DNA of 64,000 nucleotides from a virus (taxonomy: Duplodnaviria > Caudoviricetes). Under the pieces are notes generated by a model. The model ran no database searches. It was not told where the DNA came from and was given only the letters and a program-made list of their open reading frames with translations. Made by a program: the position numbers and the translations under genes. Shown here piece by piece: positions 8,620 through 16,835 of this stretch; within the stretch, counting starts at the first letter, position 1; every line of letters begins with the position of its first letter. The stretch is taken from the IMG/VR virus record IMGVR_UViG_3300020360_000085, positions 186,520-250,519 of that record. One strand, given 5' to 3'.

Positions 8620-9108
8620 CTATTTCCACCATTCTTCATATGGAAAGACTATCCATCTTTCCTGATCTGGCAAAACAACGTTTGCCGTAAATTCTACTTC
8701 ATTAAACTCACTGCTTTCTTTATCAAACAAAGTTGCAAATTTAATACCCTCATGTAAAGTAAACATATTGTTATTTTGTTTACTATCAAAATCTTTAATT
8801 ACAGACAATATACCATGTAATGTCTTACCAGAATCATTAATATCATCTACAACTAAAATGTTTTTACTAATGTATTTAGACAAAATGTGTTTAAGAGTCT
8901 CAGAATCTTCGATTTTTCCGTCTCTTGTTTGCCATCTAAATGCTTCAAAAGGCACCTCAAAGTAGTGGCTTAACATAACACCAAAAGGATATGCTCCTCT
9001 ACCAGGGCCTATAATTACATCAGGTTTATAACTTTCATGTGCCATTTCTCTAGCAATGATTCTGCAGTCAGAAACCAAGTCGTTGTATGAGTAATATAAT
9101 TTATTCAT
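8620..9108 (-). CDS. Type I purine-type phosphoribosyltransferase (Gpt/Hpt-like)
   Basis: PRPP loop VVDDINDSGKT; WIVFPYE C-terminus. Confidence 0.88.
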   Translation of the reverse strand: MNKLYYSYNDLVSDCRIIAREMAHESYKPDVIIGPGRGAYPFGVMLSHYFEVPFEAFRWQTRDGKIEDSETLKHILSKYISKNILVVDDINDSGKTLHGILSVIKDFDSKQNNNMFTLHEGIKFATLFDKESSEFNEVEFTANVVLPDQERWIVFPYEEWWK

Positions 9109-9114
9109 AATTAC

Positions 9115-9142
9115 AGTATAACATCATTTTACTTGATGTCAA
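9115..9142 (-). promoter_or_regulatory. sigma70-type promoter, 6 nt from PRTase ATG
   Basis: TTGACA-N16-TATACT with TGT extension. Confidence 0.75.
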
Positions 9143-9143
9143 T

Positions 9144-10100
9144 TTATTTCTTAGACTGATATGCAATTTCATCAGCAACAATTTCTTCTAATGTATTTTG
9201 TGGTTCCCAACCTAACATCTCAAATGCTTTTACTATATTTGCATCTGTTCTTTCAGCATCGCCATCTCTTTTAGGGCCAACTTCTACATTAATTTCTTTT
9301 TCTAATTGTTTTTCTACTTCTGCAATAACTTGCTTTATACTTGTTCCAGATCCGCCACCAATATTAAATATATTACTATTGCCACCATCCATTAAATAGT
9401 TTAAAGCAGATACATGAGCAGATGCTACATCAAAAACATGAGTGTAATCTCTAATACATGTACCATCAGGTGTTTCGTAATCGTCTCCATTTACTGTAAA
9501 AACTTCGTCATTTAAACCAGCATTTACTAGTATAGGTACTAAATGTTGTTTTGGATTAAGTGTATATCCTAATCCTTGATAACTACCTGCGGCATTAAAA
9601 TATCTTAAACTTGCAAAATTAAATTCATAAGCATCTGCATAGTCTTTTAAAACATTTTCTATAATTAACTTACTTCTACCATATGGTGTTTTAGGATTAG
9701 GAATGTCGCTTTCTGCATTTAGAATAGTTTCTGAGTCTCCGTAAACAGAACTTGAACTACTAAAAATAAAATGCTTAACTCCTGCATTTATAGAATGATT
9801 TAAAAGAGATATTGAGTTTGCCACATTATTAGCATAAGTAGAGGCAGGATCTTGTATGCTTAAAGGCACACTATGATCAGCCGCTAGATGAATAACTGCA
9901 TCTGGTTTTGTTAATTCTATTACGCCTTTTAATTGATGATTATCAATATCAAAAGGATATTGTGTGACACCTTCTTGCTGTCTTTTTACCCTGTCAATAT
10001 TAATAACATTATAGCCTGAATCAACAAGTAATTTACAGGTTACACTACCTATAAATCCACTACCACCAGTAACTAAAATAGTTTTTTCTTCATTATCCAT
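9144..10100 (-). CDS. galE: UDP-glucose 4-epimerase
   Basis: GGSGFIG, FSSSSSVYG, YGRSK, RYFNAAG, DGTCIRDY. Confidence 0.92.
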   Translation of the reverse strand: MDNEEKTILVTGGSGFIGSVTCKLLVDSGYNVINIDRVKRQQEGVTQYPFDIDNHQLKGVIELTKPDAVIHLAADHSVPLSIQDPASTYANNVANSISLLNHSINAGVKHFIFSSSSSVYGDSETILNAESDIPNPKTPYGRSKLIIENVLKDYADAYEFNFASLRYFNAAGSYQGLGYTLNPKQHLVPILVNAGLNDEVFTVNGDDYETPDGTCIRDYTHVFDVASAHVSALNYLMDGGNSNIFNIGGGSGTSIKQVIAEVEKQLEKEINVEVGPKRDGDAERTDANIVKAFEMLGWEPQNTLEEIVADEIAYQSKK

Positions 10101-11080
10101 TATTTCTCACTAAACCAGGAATCAAATACTTGTTCACTATCACAAACATTGATTCCGTTAAAATTAAAGTTAGTAATTGCATCTACAGTCATATCCACAC
10201 TTTCTTCAAATCTGTCAAACAGTTTTAAGTTTGGATACAACTCTGGATACACTAACCTATTAGGAAGTACAGGCGTACAACCTAAATACACGGCTTCAGC
10301 AACACCAAAGCCAAAGTTTTCTTGTAAAGCATAACTTACGATTGCTTTACTTTTGCCAAGTAAAGAATAGTATTCTTCCTTGGAAAGATTTTGTTCCTGT
10401 GTTTTTACAAACTGTACCGGAACATTTACCTTTTCAGATACTTGTTTTTCTAATTCATCAAACAACCAAGGTTGTTTTTCATCACAAAGTCTTCCATTAA
10501 AGATAACAATATTTTCTTTTTGTTGCCCTTTGTGTGAATCGAGCCCTGTGTAGTCTACAGGCAAACCTGTAACAACTAACTTGTCAGGGCTCACGATACG
10601 TTTTTTAATTATATCTTGTTTAATAAATTCACTTGCACAAAAAATTGTATCGCTTATATCAAATATAATATCCTCAAAATTCTTTGCCCAACGTTCCATA
10701 TCGCGAACAAAATCTGTATCTGTAAAACTTCCTGCATGAATTATACCTGTAATCTTTACATCAACTTTGTTAAAGTATTTCATATAGGCAATGTTTTCAA
10801 TACCAGGAAACCAAATGTCACTAAAGAAGAATCTGTCGCCATCTGCAATTTCTCCTCTTTCAAACATAGCAGATATTTCTGCCATTTGTAAAGATTTAAA
10901 TTTACTTGTAAAGGCGGCATTTAAAAATTGACCTTCAGGCAAAGGAGGTGTTTCATAAGTAGGCATAATTTTAACATACTCTAAATTTTTATCCTGTAGA
11001 TATTTTTCAATATCTCTGTCCATATGAACAGTATATCTACCATCAATATGTTCTAAAGGTATGTAAATTATTTTACTCAT
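10100..11080 (-). CDS. GT-B fold glycosyltransferase (GT4-like)
   Basis: FNGRLCDEKQ and QENFGFGVAEAVYLGCTPV donor-binding motif; shares a base with the galE start (ATAATG coupling). Confidence 0.82.
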   Translation of the reverse strand: MSKIIYIPLEHIDGRYTVHMDRDIEKYLQDKNLEYVKIMPTYETPPLPEGQFLNAAFTSKFKSLQMAEISAMFERGEIADGDRFFFSDIWFPGIENIAYMKYFNKVDVKITGIIHAGSFTDTDFVRDMERWAKNFEDIIFDISDTIFCASEFIKQDIIKKRIVSPDKLVVTGLPVDYTGLDSHKGQQKENIVIFNGRLCDEKQPWLFDELEKQVSEKVNVPVQFVKTQEQNLSKEEYYSLLGKSKAIVSYALQENFGFGVAEAVYLGCTPVLPNRLVYPELYPNLKLFDRFEESVDMTVDAITNFNFNGINVCDSEQVFDSWFSEK

Positions 11081-11219
11081 TTTCGTTTTCGTCTCCTAAA
11101 CCTTCTCCATAATCTACAACGTGAGTTATTTCATCGTCAAGACTTTGAGCATAATCATTATTTTTATCTGCCTCTGCTTTACTAATTTTTTTAGGCTTTT
11201 TCTTCTCTTCTTCAGTCAT
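11073..11219 (-). CDS. Small acidic hypothetical protein (48 aa)
   Basis: Manual translation MTEEEKKKPKK...VVDYGEGLGDENENE; coupled to both neighbours. Confidence 0.6.
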   Translation of the reverse strand: MTEEEKKKPKKISKAEADKNNDYAQSLDDEITHVVDYGEGLGDENENE

Positions 11220-11395
11220 TACATTGAGTTCTTTTTATCTTGGATTTCAGAACGTCTAACTTTTGTTAATTTGCTGATTTCCATTAATGCCTTTCTTGCT
11301 CTTGTGGCACTTGCTTTTACACCATTATTTTCGAACTTGTCTTGTTCCATAATGTATTCTTCCATCAGTGCTTTAAGTTTTAAATGTGTTTCCAT
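11219..11395 (-). CDS. Histone H1-like Hc1-family small protein (58 aa)
   Basis: Manual translation METHLKLKALMEEYIMEQDKFENNGVKASATRARKALMEISKLTKVRRSEIQDKKNSM; AAGGAG RBS; missed by ORF track. Confidence 0.7.
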   Translation of the reverse strand: METHLKLKALMEEYIMEQDKFENNGVKASATRARKALMEISKLTKVRRSEIQDKKNSM

Positions 11396-11406
11396 ATCTT
11401 TCTCCT

Positions 11407-11787
11407 TTATGGTACTTTTATGTATTCCATTTCACAGCCATTTTCATTATCCTCGGCTACTGAAATCTTTACCCAACGACCAGGATACCTATCTTGTATC
11501 TGTGTCGCTAAATCATCTGCGATCATTTCGCATGACTTGTTATTAAGTTGTATAACATCTTCATTATACAAACTTTCAAGCCATCTTTTAAATTGTATAA
11601 ACTCGATATCTCTGTCATCATGAAACACTTCTATCCACACTTTAAAGTGAAATATGTGTCTGTGTTTATACCCCAAAAAACTTACGTCATACTCGTCTCC
11701 TGTAGCAGTAGCAGGATTTGTATCTGCTCCAGGATAAAAGTGTATTCCCTCTTTACTGAATGTTACCCAAATACTTCTCACGACCAA
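11407..11787 (-). CDS. QueD-like T-fold protein with LxxxHRHxF signature (DpdL-like or QueD substitute)
   Basis: LGYKHRHIFHFKV, DRDIEF, SCEMIA and VAEDNENG motifs; located in deazaguanine cluster. Confidence 0.75.
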   Translation of the reverse strand: MVVRSIWVTFSKEGIHFYPGADTNPATATGDEYDVSFLGYKHRHIFHFKVWIEVFHDDRDIEFIQFKRWLESLYNEDVIQLNNKSCEMIADDLATQIQDRYPGRWVKISVAEDNENGCEMEYIKVP

Positions 11788-11925
11788 CCTCCATCAATTG
11801 TTTCCATTACTATAACTCCTTATTCTCTTGTTTGTCATTATTATAACCGCCAACTAAAAATATTGTTGCAAAGGCAACACTGAAGCACACTAAACTAACA
11901 AAAAATACTAATTGTGTTAATTCCA

Positions 11926-12333
11926 TTATGCCTCCTTATTTGGGTTCCAAATAGTTAGATTTTTAGTTTTAAGTCTATTAGCAACAATTTTGTATCTGGA
12001 CTGCTCTTCCTTCCATTCCTTTAACCATTTATGGCCATCTCTTTCTGCATCTACAAAAATAGCATTTGTAAAGGCCAAAGGAATTAAAATTGCACAATGT
12101 ATTATAATACTTGCTACTGTATTATAACCAAACCATCCGAGATAGTGTGCCGCAATAAATCCAAAAAATACACTCCACATAACAAACAGCACTAACATAA
12201 AGTATGTTTGTAAACTTGGATCTGGTATATACTTTAATGGATTATATCTAACGTCCATTACTCTTCTCCAGCCATTTACAAGACCTAATATTGCCCTTCT
12301 AAATAGGCTTGGCTTCTTCATTAAAGGTTCCAT
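11926..12333 (-). CDS. Membrane protein
   Basis: Two hydrophobic helices; GGAG RBS. Confidence 0.7.
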   Translation of the reverse strand: MEPLMKKPSLFRRAILGLVNGWRRVMDVRYNPLKYIPDPSLQTYFMLVLFVMWSVFFGFIAAHYLGWFGYNTVASIIIHCAILIPLAFTNAIFVDAERDGHKWLKEWKEEQSRYKIVANRLKTKNLTIWNPNKEA

Positions 12334-12438
12334 ATTTTCTCCTATTCAATATGATTTCTTATATATTCTTTTAATACATGCATACCATATGATATCCAAG
12401 TAATAAAAAAAAGACTCCATAAAACTAATTGAAGAATT

Positions 12439-12630
12439 TCAATCATTAACTGAATCCGCTTCAGTTAATCTGTCTAACTCCTCAATATCATGTTCACCAA
12501 TAATTTCAACATCAAAGTTTCCATCTGGTGTTCTATCAACAGTAAATGACATATCATATCCTTTACTTTCTAAAGTATCTACTTTAGCACAAAATTCATT
12601 AAATTCGCTAGTGGTTAATGTTGCTTTCAT
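12439..12630 (-). CDS. Hypothetical protein
   Basis: ORF track, RBS. Confidence 0.65.
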   Translation of the reverse strand: MKATLTTSEFNEFCAKVDTLESKGYDMSFTVDRTPDGNFDVEIIGEHDIEELDRLTEADSVND

Positions 12631-12751
12631 TCTGACTCCTTGTCATTATTTTCTGCTTCTTCATTTGCAGTTTCATTATTTTGCTTCTGCTTTTTTAGTA
12701 TTTCAGCAATAGCACTTTCGTAACTTAATGGTTGTTCTTTTTTATCTTCTG

Positions 12752-12913
12752 TCATTTTTCTGGGTCTTCTAAAATATCTTGTTTCTCTTCTATTACCTTT
12801 CTCATAACGTCATGCTCTGTAGTATCACACCAATTGCAAGGCTGTCCATATGGTATTTGTGTTTCTCCAACATCTTTACAAACATGTGTCCACCATTTAC
12901 CATTCTGCTTCAT
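12752..12913 (-). CDS. Small Cys/His protein (WWTHVC...PCNWC)
   Basis: Manual translation, 53 aa; not in ORF track. Confidence 0.55.
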   Translation of the reverse strand: MKQNGKWWTHVCKDVGETQIPYGQPCNWCDTTEHDVMRKVIEEKQDILEDPEK

Positions 12914-13085
12914 CTATAAGTTCCTGTATCTCATCAGGTATTTCTACACCTGTTCTTTTAAGAAACACAAATAACTTAACAAAAAATCCTTCCCAATCTT
13001 CTATTTCAGTAAAGTCTCCATCAAACTCAACACTTGATATTATATTATGTTCGTCCGTTCCTGTCAACTTATATTTTACAGCCAT
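12897..13085 (-). CDS. Hypothetical protein
   Basis: ORF track. Confidence 0.65.
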   Translation of the reverse strand: MAVKYKLTGTDEHNIISSVEFDGDFTEIEDWEGFFVKLFVFLKRTGVEIPDEIQELIDEAEW

Positions 13086-13561
13086 TATATAATCTCCGCC
13101 CTATTAGTATATTTTATATAAGGCTCAAAATAACTTTTTCTAGTCATTTTTTCTATAGACTCTGAAAATATTCCATCATTAGAATATGTTAAATACTTGT
13201 CATTTATTTTATAACAAGTATTTTCGTTGTATTCTGCTAAATCTGGAATAATAAAATTTAAAATTGGAATAAAGTTATTACTGTTATTGCATTCCATGTT
13301 TATTATATCTGGGCAATAATTAGGAGTAAATTCTAAAGATATATATAAATCTTTTACTGCTAATAACTCTTTTAAAAGGTCTGCCCATAAATTAAATTGA
13401 TTTCTGTTACCTGGATTAAAATTAGTAAAATGGATATGATGTACTTTATTGTTTAATGCTCGTGCTAATATTTCTTCTTTATGTTGCCAGCCATGTACAA
13501 ACAAAGTTTCCTCACCTTTCATAATTGTGTTATCAACTTCGCTACCTAAACTATAAATCAT
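13085..13561 (-). CDS. Hypothetical protein coupled to dpdA
   Basis: ATGA overlap with dpdA stop; GSEVD...TLFVHG...HHIHF motif. Confidence 0.75.
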   Translation of the reverse strand: MIYSLGSEVDNTIMKGEETLFVHGWQHKEEILARALNNKVHHIHFTNFNPGNRNQFNLWADLLKELLAVKDLYISLEFTPNYCPDIINMECNNSNNFIPILNFIIPDLAEYNENTCYKINDKYLTYSNDGIFSESIEKMTRKSYFEPYIKYTNRAEII

Positions 13562-15090
13562 GCCTCAAAATCTCCTGACATAATTTCATGTGTCATTGCA
13601 TTTACATCATCGTCCTGATCAAATTCTTCTTCCTCAAAAAATGCACCAAATCCTGCATTTGTTTTAGCACCAAAACTCATCTCATCTAGTAATTTAACAT
13701 TTTCTTCTATTAGTTCATATGGATTAGGACAAGCAGGATCTAATACTTCCTGGCAAAAACTATCAAAGTATAATGCATTTGCAGGAACATAAGGACTAAA
13801 TTCGTTACTCTTGCCTGATTTTTTATCATTAATATAATCAGTATAATGTACATTAGTTCTATATTTTTCTACATCAGCAAGTCTGTTTGCTTCTTGTACC
13901 GCAGTAATATGATTGTACACACTATGAGCCATATAATATAGATATGTTTGTGTGTCCCAACTTGTAGATGTTGCACTCTTGGCCTTTCCGTTTTTATCTA
14001 GATCGCCTTCTGACATGGCACATATATCTCCTACAGTAAGTCTTTCCATTATAGGAGAATGTGCAAATGGCATAGGCAACTTGGAGCCTTTTAATTGTTG
14101 ATTGTCTATCGCTCTATCCATTAAGTAACTAAACTTTTTAGGATGGAAACTGTTATGTGTATATGTGCTACCATATGCACTATTAACAAACGGACTGGCG
14201 GCATCCATGCTCAAACATATATCTGGACTGTCATGTTTCCTTAACATTCTTTGTATGCTAGTTAAGTAACAGGCCCAATTAAGTTTACCTGTACCCAAGA
14301 AATGTATCCAGCCTTTGCCTTCCAACAATCCATCTTCCCTGAGTTTAAGTATCCTTCTTAGGGCCATTCTCATATTACGTTTTTGTAAATCAGCAAATGC
14401 GTATCCTTCTAATGCAAGTTCGCTATTGCCATATGCTTCTTTACAAAATTTAGGGTCACTAAAATGTTTAACTTTTTCATACCACTCATCACAAGTAGGC
14501 TCATCAACTCCACTCATTACATTTAAGAACTTACACTTACCTGGTGTTCTGTTCTTCATATAGTAGTCCAAGTTGTACAAACTAATTTGCATAGTTTGTT
14601 CAAAAGTTTCTAATCCTGTTTTTTTATTGAAAGGAGGGAAGGCCGCAAAAGGAGGAACATCTAATGTCATTGCCCAATCGCATTGTTCCTCTTCCCATTT
14701 AAGAATTTTATTTACAAGTTTTTCCCTTTCAGGATCATCTGGATTTATAGCATTTGCCCAATCCATTTTAATAACACCAGTTGCAATCTGGAAACCGCCT
14801 GAGTCTCCAAGTATTAGTGTTTTACTTCTATCTCTATCAGTAATCATAGGCTCGCCATCAAGTTTATCTAAATCTAACTGAGCATGACCGGCAGAGTATA
14901 ATCCCCAAGGATAGTAATAGTAAGTGTCTATATCTTTTAGGAAATCCATGCCCTCATGACCTAATTCAAGTCCTTCAGGTACTCTAGGTGCTCCTTCTTT
15001 TTGTAATTTTTCTAACTGCTTTACATAAAAACTACTAATAGCAGGTAAAAATATTGCATAGTCTCTTTGTGTTTTTCCTAAATTTTTCAT
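13558..15090 (-). CDS. dpdA: DNA 7-deazaguanine transglycosylase (TGT-like)
   Basis: TGT motifs LGDSGGFQ, AMTLDVP, HFLGTG and SMDAAS; neighbours queE and folE. Confidence 0.85.
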   Translation of the reverse strand: MKNLGKTQRDYAIFLPAISSFYVKQLEKLQKEGAPRVPEGLELGHEGMDFLKDIDTYYYYPWGLYSAGHAQLDLDKLDGEPMITDRDRSKTLILGDSGGFQIATGVIKMDWANAINPDDPEREKLVNKILKWEEEQCDWAMTLDVPPFAAFPPFNKKTGLETFEQTMQISLYNLDYYMKNRTPGKCKFLNVMSGVDEPTCDEWYEKVKHFSDPKFCKEAYGNSELALEGYAFADLQKRNMRMALRRILKLREDGLLEGKGWIHFLGTGKLNWACYLTSIQRMLRKHDSPDICLSMDAASPFVNSAYGSTYTHNSFHPKKFSYLMDRAIDNQQLKGSKLPMPFAHSPIMERLTVGDICAMSEGDLDKNGKAKSATSTSWDTQTYLYYMAHSVYNHITAVQEANRLADVEKYRTNVHYTDYINDKKSGKSNEFSPYVPANALYFDSFCQEVLDPACPNPYELIEENVKLLDEMSFGAKTNAGFGAFFEEEEFDQDDDVNAMTHEIMSGDFEA

Positions 15091-15398
15091 GTTCCAAATC
15101 CTAATTGACCGTTTACATAGTCATTAACGTTTTTATTTTCTTTTTCTTTTGTATCAAAAACTTTTTCCTCATGTTTAAGTTGAGCCCAATTTTTTTCTCT
15201 ACGTTCCTCGTCTGCCCAGCCACTTTCTATATGTAGTCCTGCAGGTAATGACATATTTTTCTTTTCAGTTTTACTTTCCATTTCACTATTTTTTAATAGT
15301 TCTTCTTCAGAAATACAACCACACATTTTACCACTTAACTCCAACATTAAAACTAAACACATTAGTATCAATAGGATCTTCTGTGTAAGTGTTTGCAA
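15087..15398 (-). CDS. Hypothetical protein (true start likely internal)
   Basis: ORF track; overlaps upstream gene by about 70 nt. Confidence 0.5.
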   Translation of the reverse strand: MQTLTQKILLILMCLVLMLELSGKMCGCISEEELLKNSEMESKTEKKNMSLPAGLHIESGWADEERREKNWAQLKHEEKVFDTKEKENKNVNDYVNGQLGFGT

Positions 15399-16011
15399 TA
15401 CTTAATACTAAGCCACTATCTAAATTATAATTTAAAGCAGTTTCATTTCTTATATAAACATCACTATCACTACCTTCTTCATAAAGAAACTTATTTGTAA
15501 AAGTAATTTTTTCAGCAACTTTGTAAAAAAACCATAAACTGTTTCTAATAATTGCTTCATTTATAGAGTCTGTTTGTAAAGTTGCAATAGAAAATTCGTT
15601 ACTTGCTTTCATTCTGTCTGTTCTTAAAAGTTTGTATCCATATCCAACACCTAGTACTTTCCTATCTCCGTCTGCTCTAAATTTATCATTATCATAACCT
15701 AGCACACCAAATACATATTGCTTTGGAGAAAATGTATAATTAGTTTTTGTATTAAACACAAACTCATTTAAAATTTCTTCGCTATCCTCTTTTTTGTAAA
15801 CATAGTCTGTTTCCAATGTTTGTTGCCACTTATTCTGTTCCCACTGATAGTCAAAACTACCATTAACAGTTACAGAATGGCTATTGATTAAAGTACCACC
15901 AAGTTTTGCACTTCCAGATGCATTTAATGGATTAGACAATATCATAAAAAATAAGAATAGCAGACTACATACTGCTATCTTATAATATTTTTCTACCTTT
16001 TCGTCAGACAT
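15328..16011 (-). CDS. DUF481/YdiY-like outer-membrane beta-barrel
   Basis: Signal peptide, alternating beta-strand pattern, YDNDKF and GVGYGY motifs, C-terminal Trp beta-signal. Confidence 0.75.
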   Translation of the reverse strand: MSDEKVEKYYKIAVCSLLFLFFMILSNPLNASGSAKLGGTLINSHSVTVNGSFDYQWEQNKWQQTLETDYVYKKEDSEEILNEFVFNTKTNYTFSPKQYVFGVLGYDNDKFRADGDRKVLGVGYGYKLLRTDRMKASNEFSIATLQTDSINEAIIRNSLWFFYKVAEKITFTNKFLYEEGSDSDVYIRNETALNYNLDSGLVLSIANTYTEDPIDTNVFSFNVGVKW

Positions 16012-16758
16012 TTAACTCCTTGCTGGAAGTAGATAAGTATATTTTCCTATACCACTGTCTACAATAATTTGCAATAAACCTTGATCATTAATACTCATTA
16101 CACAATTACCAGACTCACTTAATCTTAAAATTTTAAGAACTATGTCTAAAGGCCATCTCCAATCTTTAGTAATACTGCCTTCTATATCATTACTAATTAA
16201 AATTTTTGTTCTATCACTTACACCATCACCAATATGGAAAAATAGTTGTGTACCATCAGTTTTAGGACTAAAGTTTGCCTCAAATCCGCCTAGCACACTA
16301 TTAAAGTAACCTAAATCTTTTAAGTTCTTTTGTGTAGGCACAATGTTTACATCAAACTCTGCACCTTTAAATTTAATTGCTTTTAACTGCTGATTAATTA
16401 CATCTGCCAACATAAATCTGTAATGTGCATCATTACCATCTTGTGCAGTAAATTTAATTTCTACAGGAACATTATCTCCATTCCTTTCTTGCATCACAAC
16501 TTCTTGTTTTGCATTTTCATCATCAAAGCCAGGATATTGCAAGTACCCTTGTAGTACTCCCATTCTGCTTAAACCAATTGTTGAGTCCACAAAGTCAGCA
16601 ACTGCATTATGTGTCTCTCCTTTAAAAATTACAGTCTTGTCTGCATCAACAGTTTCTACTTCTGTTTTGTCCAATGTGCCTGTAATTTTAACCATTTCAA
16701 AAATGCCTAAACTATGTGTGTGTTTTAGAACATCTTTAAATACATCTTTAATAGCCAT
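16012..16758 (-). CDS. Putative DNA sliding clamp (gp45-like)
   Basis: Size, two-domain beta-rich pattern, directly after the polymerase; clamp loader elsewhere in window. Confidence 0.6.
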   Translation of the reverse strand: MAIKDVFKDVLKHTHSLGIFEMVKITGTLDKTEVETVDADKTVIFKGETHNAVADFVDSTIGLSRMGVLQGYLQYPGFDDENAKQEVVMQERNGDNVPVEIKFTAQDGNDAHYRFMLADVINQQLKAIKFKGAEFDVNIVPTQKNLKDLGYFNSVLGGFEANFSPKTDGTQLFFHIGDGVSDRTKILISNDIEGSITKDWRWPLDIVLKILRLSESGNCVMSINDQGLLQIIVDSGIGKYTYLLPARS

Positions 16759-16783
16759 ATTTTATCTCCAAGAATATAACAAT

Positions 16784-16811
16784 ATTATACATTATTATTT
16801 AGATAAGTCAA
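16784..16811 (-). promoter_or_regulatory. sigma70-type promoter
   Basis: TTGACT-N16-TATAAT. Confidence 0.7.
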
Positions 16812-16835
16812 CATATTTTTTCCAGTTTTTTTCGG

